The notes beneath the pieces were generated by a model. The model saw nothing but the letters and a program-made list of their open reading frames with translations. It did not search any database and was not told the DNA's origin. Below are positions 12,837 through 23,884 of a stretch of 64,000 bases of DNA, piece after piece. The stretch spans positions 19,592,001 through 19,656,000 of the forward strand of contig OZ360233.1 in NCBI GenBank assembly GCA_977017645.1, written 5' to 3'. This stretch comes from Torpedo marmorata. Its lineage: Eukaryota. Made by a program: the position numbers and the translations under genes. How positions within the stretch are numbered: position 1 is the stretch's first letter; each line of letters opens with the position of its first letter.

Positions 12837-13126
12837 GCATTATGAGTCAACGGGTTCTGCAAAGCCCACTCGTGGTATCCCGGATGGAATGTCAGTCTGT
12901 CAGTATCACCTGTCGCTTCACTGATGATAATGCGGTTGGGTACAAATTGGAGCGTTGGCATCTCTTCAGGAAAATCGATGGAGTCGTGGATGTCGTGTTC
13001 CCTGGAGGGCGATCTGCCGTCTCCATTAATGAGACAGAAAATAAATTTACGATCAAACTTCTACATTTGAGAACAGACGACAGCGCCAGCTATTACTGTA
13101 AAGCTCAGTACAGGGAGTGGAACGCA
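12837..13126 (+). CDS. IgNAR-like V segment (NARTCR V), open frame
   Basis: QRVLQSP..ECQSVSITC..GGRSAVSINETENKFTIKLLHLRTDDSASYYCKA. Only 61 residues lie between the canonical Cys (no CDR2, as in VNAR). It has an extra FR1 Cys and is followed by an RSS. Confidence 0.88.
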
Positions 13127-13164
13127 CACGGTGCTGTATTTCGTCTTATTGCAAAGCAGATACT
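13127..13164 (+). promoter_or_regulatory. V recombination signal sequence (22-bp spacer)
   Basis: Heptamer CACGGTG at 13127-13133, 22-nt spacer, nonamer GCAGATACT at 13156-13164 (5/9 match to ACAAAAACC). Confidence 0.65.
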
Positions 13165-13478
13165 TTCAGTATTGGCAATCCAAGTAACAAAATCTCACTC
13201 GGAGGGAATCCACCGATTCGGTCAGTGAACATGCTTCTTGCCGCTCAGCTTCAATGGTTTTTATGTTCCGATGACCAGGTTGCAGTTCACACCGTGAATT
13301 TCACGAGAATGATTGTTTAGCTGATGAATCGGTCTCGTCATGAATGGCAATCAAATTGCCATTCTTGAACAAATGTTCGCGTTTCAGTATGTCCCGGTGG
13401 AGACAGAACTATGTGCCAATATCCTGAACCTGAAACCGGGTTGAAAGCTGTTCAATAGATGTCCACAAAAGCACAGCA

Positions 13479-13507
13479 GGTTTCTTTCACGAATTTCGAA
13501 CGATGTG
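13479..13507 (-). promoter_or_regulatory. J recombination signal sequence (12/13-bp spacer)
   Basis: GGTTTCTTT at 13479-13487, 13 nt, then CGATGTG at 13501-13507 (CACATCG on the minus strand). Confidence 0.65.
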
Positions 13508-13571
13508 CGTGCCTGGGGACAGTGGGCTGAATATGTTGATGGATCAGGGACGGCGGTAACAGTGACATCTG
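13508..13571 (+). CDS. NARTCR J segment
   Basis: RAWGQWAEYVDGSGTAVTVTS + G, then donor GTAAGT (phase 1). DGxGT replaces WGxG/FGxG, as in IgNAR-type J segments. Confidence 0.88.
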
Positions 13572-14069
13572 GTAAGTGTCCTCCAACGTCGCCATCTACA
13601 TTGTTAATGATCACCATCATTCTTTCTCAGACTATACTTTTCAAAGCAGACCATAGGCGTGAGAGGCTTATCAATGCACGTTTCGCTTAGCATTGGGAAA
13701 CTTAACATGTAATCGGGGTGCATACAATCCTAAAAGGAAAATGAGAGCGCACGTCTCTGAGGATGGAGCGTTTCTTCATCTGCACAGCCATTTCCTTAAA
13801 AGGGTTGAGTGGCTACAAGTAAAATTAGTTATTGGGATTGCCTAGGTAAAATTACATTAGTTTTGATTACTTGATATATAATTGAGGATTTGTTAACGAT
13901 GATTAATCTATTTTCATATGCATTGCACAATGTAGATATGCATCAGGATTTTTAATTGCTGCAGCTGAACGGATACTTTGAAATAACAACGCCAAAAAAA
14001 ATCCACAATACTGTACTCACATTATCAAAAGGAGACAATAAAATTAAAAAGAGAGATAATAAATATTCA

Positions 14070-14340
14070 GTATTCAACGTGAGTTATCAATAGTGCAGGG
14101 AATCCCTGATTGGTGAAACAATGTGAGATTAAAGAGCATGATAGATGTTGGAAAGAAACTGTTCTTGAATCTTGAGGCGTTGGTGTTCAGGCTTCTGTGC
14201 AATCTGCTAGTAGGTAGTAATGAGAAGAGCTTGAGATTTGCGCAATGTGGGTCGCTTATAATGTTGCCTGCCTTCTTGAGACCACGACTAAAATTGAACC
14301 ATTGAACGGAAGGTATGTCGGAGCATGTGGTGGATTTGGA
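14070..14340 (-). mobile_element. Rex1-type LINE 3' fragment
   Basis: 'KKAGNIISDPH..LFSLLPTSR..RFKNSFFPTSI'. Confidence 0.75.
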
Positions 14341-14493
14341 TTTCGATATTATTTGCATTGTACTTGTCATTTATCCCACTTGTCTCTTTGATATGACATA
14401 TTTTCGACTCACGTGCACAATTTGCTGTTTTACGTGTCATTATTTACTTCGATTGTGTTTCAAATTTTAGAGAAACGTCTTTCCCAAAGACTG

Positions 14494-14702
14494 GGGCGGT
14501 ACAGTTAGCGTAGGGGACGGCACAGTTAACGTAGCGGCTAACGCTGTTACAGCGCCAACGATCGGGCCGGGGGTTCGAATCCCGCGCTGTCCATAAGGAG
14601 TTGGAACGTTCTCTCCGTGCCTGCGTGAGTTGTTTCCTGTTACCGTGCACTATGTCCAAATTTTTAAAAAAAATTAAAATAAATTTTAATTTTAATTTAA
14701 AA
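14494..14702 (+). mobile_element. tRNA-derived SINE, internally deleted
   Basis: GGGGCGGTACAGTTAGCG...GGTTCGAATCCC...TGTCCAAA followed by an AT-rich tail. Confidence 0.8.
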
Positions 14703-16121
14703 TCTGACCATAAAGTGTATCTTGCCCCCGCGAAGAAAAGCAGATATCAGTACTGTCATTTAATTAAACGACATGATTGCGGAACGGATGGGATAGATTG
14801 GTAGAAATACCCTGTGGAGGAAAATCGGAATAAGTAATGTTGCGTTTTGTCGTGTATTCCATGTCGCTTCCAATGCCGTGCTGGTTTATTTCAGACAAAT
14901 GCTTCAATGTAATATGTTCAGTGTAATTTCAGGTTCGTCAAATCGTTGGGAAGCAGAGCAATGATTCGAAAGTTTTAATCTTCCACAAACCACGAATAGA
15001 GCAGGTGCAGAATGAAGATTGACTGTATTCAAACATAACATAATGTTAAACGAAATTAAATGGAAATGGTATTTGTCAGTCAGTTATACAAGGTTCGCGA
15101 GTGGTAGTAGGTTGGAGGGACACCGACGAATAGTTTACCAAACAGCAACTAGCAGGTTGAATGGGTTTTCTGCTGGAAGCAACTGGTCCGGGTGCGGGTG
15201 AAGTACCCCAGTCCTTGTTACGTGAGGACTCCTGAAATACGATTGTGCTGACGTACATTTTAGGCCATTGAAACATAATCTCATTAACACTTCCGACACG
15301 TGAGTCTGTCGGACAATTTCACGAGGTTTTGAAGAAGCGAAAACGAATTTAAATTAGCGACGGAAAGTAAAACCCAGCGAATGCCGAAAATGTGAATGAG
15401 AAAACGGAACTTCCTGGAAAGCATCAGCAAGGTCAGGGAGCAGATATGAAAAGAGAAACCATTAATGTTTCTGGCCTGTGCTCCTTTGTCAGAACTGATC
15501 AAGGAAAATACACAAATGACCTTCCATTTCCTCTCTTTGCGTGTTGATGATAAAGTTGGCGACTCAAATTTAGGACGTAATGTAAAAATCTGCAAATTGC
15601 AGATAAAGGTCAAATGCAGTCCATGCTCTTCAGATTGTTAAACTTCAACACTTCCATGATCAGTTTCCGATTAGGTGAGCCATCCCCTTTGTTCCCACCA
15701 CGCTGCAGGTACATGTGTATTAGCTTATGAACTTCAGATCACTTAATTGATATTGATAAATAGATAAGGCATTGAGATTTGAAGGGGCTGTAATTCATTA
15801 AATGAAACTGCTGCCTTCCGTCAATATAATTACTTTACCTGTTCTACTTAAGTATGGATATCCTTGCCTGGATATATTCCACAATATTCTGGATGACAAT
15901 GCCAATATACAATCCAATTCAATTCAACTCAATGCATTGAATTCTTCCCCCCATCTCCCATTCACTGGGCACCAGAATCAGGCATTCAAATATTTGTATC
16001 GGATCGTGTATGATCAAGCACAAACTACACGAAAACGGCATTTTACCGAAGGTCCTAATGTGAAATGGTTGCGATATTCTTCTGATGCACCTTGTGATTT
16101 TGTTCAACATTTATCCTACAG

Positions 16122-16433
16122 ATATCGAAAAGAAATTCAGCGTGCTACAACATCCGCTTGTGCAATCATCTGAAGCCCATCACAGCGTCGATTTAAAGTG
16201 TAAATATTCAGGGTACTGTCACCACACAGTATTCTGGTTCCGAGGCTCTCCAGGGCAGGCTCCGCGATACCTACTTCGGATACTAACATCAGGACAGGAG
16301 GATAAGCAGGACGTTCCCACAGGCGGAATGTTTGCTGTTAATAATCCTTCGGAGAAAACGATTTCCCTGGTTATCTCAAAACCGCAAATGAACGACTCGG
16401 CTGTGTTTTACTGTGCGATGATCCCTCGCGCCA
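16122..16433 (+). CDS. Leaderless supporting TCR-delta V segment (STCRdV), open frame
   Basis: Acceptor CCTACAG|AT is phase 1 and in frame with the J donor. Translation DIEKKFSVLQHP..VDLKCKYSGYCHHTVFWFRGSPGQAPRYLL..DSAVFYCAM has an extra Cys in CDR1. No leader exon was seen upstream. Confidence 0.88.
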
Positions 16434-16472
16434 CACAGGCATACACAGCAGTCACAAGGCTGTACAATAACA
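16434..16472 (+). promoter_or_regulatory. 23-RSS of the supporting V
   Basis: CACAGGC at 16434-16440, exactly 23 nt, then ACAATAACA at 16464-16472. Confidence 0.85.
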
Positions 16473-17329
16473 TCAATGTTTCTTTTCATCAGGACATTAA
16501 ATAATACTGACCACGAAGTGGAGGCCTGGTCATGGGGTCATTAAAAGGTACAGAACGGAAACAGGTCATTTCAGCCATTTCATCTGAACTGACCACAAAC
16601 CACCAGATTACACTAATTCGACTACACAACCACTTTTGTTCTCCCGACATTGTCATTAAATTCTGCCCCCGCGTATTTATTCCACACGCAAGGGTCAATT
16701 CGCATCGGACAATTAACCGACTGCCCAAACATATCAGGAAGAATGTGGGTGGGGAATGGGGAACAGAAGTACACGGAAGAAACTCAGAGGTAAAGTGGAA
16801 AACATGTAAATGACACACACACACACACACACACACATCACCCGAGGTCACGATTGAAGCACTGTATCTGACGCTGTGCGGCAGCGCTGCCACTGTGCCA
16901 CTGTGTCTCCATCTCTCTCTATCCCTCTCTCTCTCTCTCTTTCTTTCTGTTTCTCTCTCTCTCTCCCTCTCCTAGTTTTCTTTATTTTTATTTCTCCGAG
17001 TTGTGGATTAACCTTGCGAACGTGAAGCTACAAATAAGATGGGCAGGACAATTATTTTTTCTGCTGCACCCCTGCTATCGTTTTGATTGTGTCTCTATCC
17101 TTGACCCATGCCTCTGATGGAATCATCTGCAGCTGCAAATTCTCACCAGTTTGTTTCGGATGTTTCGCTGAGCTCTGAGGAGTTACACCCTTTTTAACGC
17201 TCTTTTACATCCCACCTTGCCTATCGTCAATCATATTTTCGAAAAGTTTCACCTTCAGAATTACTTTGTACATTGCCCATCAATGACCATCTTCTTTTGC
17301 ACATTCGTTTCCTCTGGGAATCCGGATAC

Positions 17330-18095
17330 CTTTTTTTCTCGTTTCCTCTGTTCTATTCCACTTCTAGCCGTCGGCGTTTGCTTATTCCGTCCTATTAATG
17401 CACAAGATGTTTTGAAGCGTGCAGCTATAGAGGGGTCTTGTACTCCATCCATGGGTTTCTGAACGTTTCTGCGCAAGTTGATGAGTTGGTTATGAAGACG
17501 TTTGGTGTACTGAGCTTCATTTGTCGGGGGATTCAGTTCAAGAACCACAATGTAATATTGCAGCTCTATAAAAGCCCTATTATAAACACAGAGTAGTGTG
17601 GCCAGTTCTGATATCCTCATTGTAGGAAGGATATGGACCTTTTGGATACAGTGAAAATGAGATTTAACAGGATGATGCCTGGAGTAGAGGACATGCCTTA
17701 TTAAGAAAGGTTGAGCGATCCAGGGTTTTCTCATTGGGGCAATGGACACTCACAGGCGATTTAATGAAATTGCGAGGGACATGGAGAGAGCGGAGAGCTA
17801 CAAAGGCGGAAACGACAAATACCAGAGGATATCCGTTAAGGATGACAGGTGCAAGTTTCGGGGAGATTTCATAACTCTTTTAAACAGGAGTAACAGACGC
17901 TTCGAAAGCAATGCGGAATATGGGTGGTGGAAGCTGATACCAAGGAGACATTTAAGATATTATCAGACAGGCACGTGCATGGAAGAAAAAGGGGCTATGA
18001 ACGAGGCAAGCATTAGATTGATCGCAGAGTATATCTCTATTGGTAGGTAAACATTGTGGATCGAAGGTCCCGTACTCTGTTACACCGTTCTATGC
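17330..18095 (+). mobile_element. Old CR1 LINE 3' fragment
   Basis: TTGCAGCTCTATAAAGCCCT..., GAGATTTAACAGGATGATGCCTGGA and a CR1-type tail ending TTCTATG. Confidence 0.7.
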
Positions 18096-18099
18096 TAAT

Positions 18100-18990
18100 T
18101 CACAATCGCGCCGACTTGCACTACACCGCCCGTGAAGTTTGAATAAGATGATTTCATGACGCCATTATTTTGGCATTTGGCAGCCATTGGGATTTTCAAC
18201 TCTCCCAACTGAACCGATCTCAGCACATTCGTGGAACGTGTTGGAGCTTCTTTCACGCTCACGCGAAACCAGTAATTGTGCAAGAAGCCTGTCCCCCTCT
18301 TTGTGACGCACCCACGAGGATTCCTGGTGTTCCACCTTGTATGATTTCTGCTTCACGCCCCCTCGTCCTTCATATTCACTTGCCCATAACCGAACAAACT
18401 GAACATTTCATGACCTAGATTTAATTCACAGGAATACAGTCGCAGAATGTCTGTTGCAATGAACGGAAAAATATCTGGGGCTATATCTAAGTCCTTCTGG
18501 TTAGCATCTGCAGCAACGGTTAACACTAATTCCGTGTGAAAGGCAGAAGAAGAGGTTGTGGTTACAGCCGTTCTGATAGTATCAATCATGATTACTTTTC
18601 GGTGGCATCCGGCGTTCAGTCAGACTTAGAGTGTGGCAGAGTGTGATAAAGCTGTGATAATATTAGATAGCCAATTTGAAAATAGGTCAACGGTAAATAT
18701 TACTTTACCAACCAACCGTTGCAGATGTGATGAAATATGGCGCAGGCCATAAAGACGCAGCCTCTCTGCGTCAGAGGCACGTGTTTAATATTGGCATCGA
18801 GTCTTCTTTCAGGAGTGTCCACGCTATCACGGTGAATGCGTGGGGTTTCCCATCGTGTCGATGTTTCCAACAATATCCGAAAGACATGTTGCCACTGCTG
18901 TGCAGGTGTGTGGTAGAATCTGGGCCGGGAGAGCTTCGAGAGTTCATGGGGATGTAGGAAAAATAAACACATTTGCGATTGTCAGGATTA
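18100..18990 (-). pseudogene. Possible three tandem decayed Ig C1-set (IgH-constant-like) exons
   Basis: Across frameshifts: 'VYF..PHEL..HTCTAV..SDIV..ACAIFH', 'SATL..GCHRKVIMI..TAVTTTSSSAFHTELVLTVAA..LYSCELNLGHE' and 'ASCTITGF..GELKIP'. Confidence 0.35.
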
Positions 18991-19094
18991 TTTTTAAATG
19001 GCTGCCTGATGATGGGTGCGCACACAAGGGTAAGAGGGACTGTTTCCCTAATCCATCCATTTAGCCTTCAAGAATATAACTATTATATGGTGTA

Positions 19095-20838
19095 AAAACT
19101 CAAAAGGCTGGAGAAACTCAGCAGGTCAAACAGTGTCCTTCATGTAGCATAGGTAAAAACACAAAACCGACGTTTCGGGATTGAGCCCTTCATCAAGGTA
19201 TGAGGTAATGTCGGCAGGCGTCCGAACAAAAAGATAGGGGGGAAGGGGGTGGCAAAGTCAGGAGATGATAGGTGGAGAAGGAAGGGAGGAAACAGCAACG
19301 ATAAGTGAGGGGGAGGGATCGCTGGGTGTGTAGAGGTGGAAGGGAGGGGAGAACTGGAAAGACTGGAAAGGGGAGGGGAAATAAAAGGCGAGCAAGTTTA
19401 GCAGAAAGCAGAGAAGTCAATGTTAATACCATCTGGCTGGAGAGTGCCCAGACGGAAAATAAGGTGAGGATTTTATACAATTGAAGGGTTGCTTCACTTT
19501 TATACAAGTGAAGTGTTGCTTCACTTTGATACATGTGTCCTCACCTACCAACCCACCACCCTCCGCATCCAACACATTATCCGCCGGAATCTCCGGAACT
19601 CACTACAGGATCCCACCACCAGACACATCTTTCCTTCTCCTCCACTCTCGGCCTTCCGAAGGGACCGCTCGCTCCGTGATTCCCTCGTGCACTCATCCCT
19701 CCCCACCTATCGCCCCCCGGAACCTTCCCCTGTTGCCGCCGGAGGTGAAACACTTGCGCCTGCACCTCCTCCCTCACCATGGTCCGGGTCCCAAAACTGG
19801 CCTTTCAAGTGAAGCAACACTTCACTTGTATATCCACAGGACTGATTTACTGCATCCGGTGCTCCCTTTGTTGCCTTATCTACATCGGAGAGACCGGTCG
19901 CAGATAGGGAGATCGCTTCTCTCAGCACCTCCACTCTGTCCGCCACAACAGAGACCTCCCAGTAGCCAACCATTTCAATTCTGAGTCACACTCCAACACT
20001 CGCACCTCTGTCCATGGCCTGATGTACTATCTCACCCTGACCACCCGCTGACTGGAGAAACAACACCTTATTTTCCGTCTGGACACTCTCCAGCCCAGCG
20101 TTGGCGCCAAGGTGGGACATCGCGGGCATTTCCCCCTGAAGCGAGGTGCTGTGCCCCCCATCGCTTGCCGACAGACCCGCCCCCGCCCGCGTCACTAGCG
20201 TGCGTCAAGCATCACTAGCGTCTTAGCTTGATGCACGCTTGTGACTCTCCACCCGACCGCTTCAACAGCGTGCGTCAAGCGTGACTCTCGACGCAGTAAA
20301 AGCAACGATTTCAGCTGCTACCGTTCGAGTGAATGGAGGTTTACGTCCGTCCGGTAGGCAGCTAGCAGCACCCCCTTCACCACGGTGAGCGAGTCAACGA
20401 CTGTCGGACTGTGCCCCACCACCCCCCCCTTCACGGTTACCCTAATACCCCCCCCCCCTCTGACACTCGTTCTGGCGCCGACCCTGCTCCAGCCAGATGG
20501 CATTAACATTGACTTCTCTGCTTTCTTCTAAACTTGCTCGCCCTTTCTTTCCCATCCACCTTTCCGGCTTTGCAGCTCTCCCCTCCCTTCCCCCTCTACC
20601 AGCCCAGCCATCCCTCCTCCCCCTGATCCGTGCTGTCTCCTCCATCCCTTCTCCACCTATCATCTCCTGACTTTGCCACCCCCTTCCTCCCTATCTTTTT
20701 GTTCGGACGCCTGCCGAAATTCTCTAATACCTTGAAGAAGGGCCCAAGCCCGAAACGTCGGTTATGTATTTTTACCTTTGCTACATAAAGAACACTGTTT
20801 GACCTGCTGAGTTTCTCCAGCTTTTTGTTCTTTTAACT
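19095..20838. mobile_element. Penelope-like (GIY-YIG) element with an inverted 3' copy
   Basis: About 19530-20838 (+) has 'LIYCIRCSLCCLIYIGETGR', 'LEKQHLIFRL' and the tail. 19095-19530 is the same 3' region on the minus strand. Confidence 0.88.
20096..20486. mobile_element. Non-autonomous hAT-type DNA transposon (MITE), 391 bp
   Basis: 8-bp TSD CTCCAGCC at 20088-20095 and 20487-20494, with imperfect TIRs CAGCGTTGGCGCC / GGCGCCGACCCTG. Confidence 0.8.
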
Positions 20839-21069
20839 TCAACCACGGTGTCTACAGATTTTCGTGATTTACTTTTTAATATTATATGGTGGATTGATGA
20901 GATGGTGTCATAGTTATGTTGGCAGAGTATGCTGCTCTCCTTGATTATCATAAAGAACCTGTTGCAGATAAGCCATCCGCGAGTAAAGCATGAATGCCAA
21001 CACCTTCCCACCTCTCACTTGCTTGTCACGGCGTATGGGGTGTGTGGTTCAACAACCCATAAGCAAAAA

Positions 21070-22085
21070 CAATTATGACTGCTCCGCAACTGTTCATAGT
21101 ATACATAAACGATCTGGAAGAGGGGACAAAGTGTAGTGTATCTATGTTTGCTGATTATACTAAATTGAGTGGAAAAGAAAATGATGCAGAACGTACGCAT
21201 AGTCTGCAGAGAGATATAGATAGGTTAGGTAAGTGGGCAAGTGTCTGGCAGTTGAAGTACAATGTTTGCAAATGTGAGGCGATCCACCTTGGAAGGAAAA
21301 ATGGAAGATCAGAATATTATTTACATGTCAAGCGATTGCAGAATGCTGGCGTAAAGAAGGACCTGGGAATGCTTGTGCATGAATCGCAAAAGGTGAGTTT
21401 GCATGTGCAGCAGGCTATCAAGAAGTCAAATGGAATGTTGGCTTTAATTGCTGGAGGTATTGAATTTGGGAGCAGGGAGGTATTTCTGCAACTGTACAAG
21501 GTACTGATGAGACCGGATTTCGAGTACTGCGGTCACCTCTGGTCTCCTTATTTAAGGAAGGATGAATTGGCTTTGAATGAAGTGCAGGGGAGGTTCACCA
21601 TTTTCATTCCAGGGATGAAGGTGTTGGCTAATGAGGAGAGATTGAATTGTTTGGGACTGCATTCGCTTTAATTTAGAAGAATGAGAGGGGATCTTATAGA
21701 AACATATAAAATTATGAAACGCATAGATTGAGGTAGGTAGGTTATTTCCATAGATAGGGGAGACCAGAACTAAGGGTTATAGCCTCAATATTCAGGGTAG
21801 TAGATTTAGGACGGAGATGAGGAGGAACATTTTTTTCCAGAGGGTGCTGAATAAATGGAATTCGCTGCTCAATGAAGCAGTAGAGGCGACCTCAGTATCT
21901 ATATTTAAGACAAGGTTGGATAGATATCTACATAGTAAAGGAATACAGGCATATGGGGAAAAGGCATGTCGGTGGAGGTGAGCCTACCGTCAGATCAGCC
22001 ATGATCACATTGAAAGGCTGAGCAGGCTCAACGGCCGAATAGCCTACTCCTGCTCCTATTTCTTATGCTCTTATATTCTTATCAT
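21070..22085 (+). mobile_element. CR1 LINE 3' fragment
   Basis: 'PQLFIVYINDLEEG..MFADYTKL..LYKVLMRP..WSPYLRKD' and a (TTCTTAT)n tail. Confidence 0.92.
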
Positions 22086-22969
22086 CTTGAGGAACTCCTC
22101 CGGTCGAGCGTCAACAGTGGGATAAAAACAGTTATCCACGTTTGCCGTCAGAGCTTTTCAATTCAGAGGGCAGATAACCTGTATATTGAGAAAATGTTGA
22201 AATTATTTTAGAGGCGATTGTTGAATCAGAGAGGGGTGAACATGAGGGATAAATGGGGAAGGTGAGGGGTAGTTGATTGGCAAGTGCGTGACGAACGGCG
22301 ATAGAGGTAAGAGAAAAAGGGTACTGCTGGAGTAAGATGCGTCATACAGGGTGAAGGTGGAGGATGATAAGTGGAATCTTAAGCTATCAGCATTGAAATC
22401 AGATAAATGAGGAAGGCGATAATGACTCCAGCAAATGCAGTTTTTTGTGTGCGATCAAGCGATTAGTGGTGTGAAAAAAATATTATCTGATATATTACGG
22501 AAATGTTCAAATGTTCAAATTCTACTTTAAATATTTACAGATGCAGCACGGTAGAAGACTATGGAAATATGTGTCGCCCCATTTCACCAAATTAAACGTT
22601 TTTGAGGGCGGTAAGAATCTGGAGCACAAGAGGAAATGTGACGCAGGTCACAAGGAAAGCAGACTGATTTCTCACAGATAGCGCTGGTTTCCAGCCAGGT
22701 CGATAGCGCTTTTACCGCTATGCTAACCTGATACCACTTTGCACTGTGACACTTCCAGACATTGCACATTACGAGGAAATCAAACCCTGGTCGCTGACGC
22801 TGTAATGCTGTTGCGCTAACTGCTAACCTAACAATTATTATTTAAGATGTTCCGAATTTATTGGACATGATTTTATTTTAGTTTTCATGCTCTCAGGAAA
22901 CCGTGATGATCTCATAAGCGTCAGGGGGAGGTATTTCACGCTTATATCACCAGTCCTCAGATCATCTCA

Positions 22970-23210
22970 GGTACGGTTGGCGTAGCATTAAGCGCAACGC
23001 TGTTACCGCGCCAGCGATCGGGACCAGAGCTCAAATCCCGCTCTCTCTGTAAGAAGTTTGTACTTTCTCCCCGAGTATGCGTGAGTTTTCCCCGGGGCCT
23101 CCTGTTTCCTCCTACCGTTCGAAATGTACCGGGGGTTTAGGTTGATAGGGTCCAAATTGGGCGACACTGGTTCGTGGGCCGAAATGGCCTGTTACTGTGC
23201 TCTCTGTGTA
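22970..23210 (+). mobile_element. tRNA-derived SINE
   Basis: Same family as 1238-1518. Confidence 0.8.
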
Positions 23211-23586
23211 AAAAATCATAGTATTATAAGATCTTTGAATCGTACAGCACAGAAACGGGCATATCGACACGTCATTGTTAATCGCAATTTCCTACTCATA
23301 CCGTTCTACGTATTTTATAGGGACGTATGATGATTTGCAAACGTGCTATATCTATCTGCCTCCACAGCCTCCTCCGGAGGATTGTTCCAAAGAGCCACTG
23401 GTGTCTGTTTGGGAATGGCACCGTCCTTTTTCAGAATCGTTTATCTGTTATTTGAAATCATAGTCTTTCAGTCTTTCAGAGAGTTTTAACCAGTCTGAGT
23501 GAGATGTATAGATGGATGGACAGAAAGACAGACAGATAAGTAGGTAGATGGATTGATAGATGGATAAATCGATAAATGTACAGATG

Positions 23587-23741
23587 NNNNNNNNNNNNNN
23601 NNNNNNNNNNNNNNNNNNNNNNNNNNNNNNNNNNNNNNNNNNNNNNNNNNNNNNNNNNNNNNNNNNNNNNNNNNNNNNNNNNNNNNNNNNNNNNNNNNNN
23701 NNNNNNNNNNNNNNNNNNNNNNNNNNNNNNNNNNNNNNNNN
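23587..23741. other. Assembly gap
   Basis: Run of N next to a (GATA/GATG)n microsatellite. Confidence 1.
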
Positions 23742-23884
23742 ACGGATTGCTGTGGTGGCCTTCACTCCACCGGCCATGAGACACAACCAGGGACTGCTAA
23801 CGACGAGAACGTGACTGACCGTCAGGGTGTTGTGCAGAAGAATCAGGATAAACGGAAGCCAAGGCTTGATGATGCATTCGATCC

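Noticed and set aside
13256-13310. Nonamer-like GGTTTTTAT and heptamer-like CACCGTG as a D-segment RSS
   Set aside because: The spacer is 25 nt and there is no matching 3' RSS. At best it is a dead D remnant.
23405-23440. Plus-strand 'LFGNGTVL' J-like motif
   Set aside because: No credible RSS or splice donor, and the minus-strand C1-like reading fits the neighbouring sequence better.
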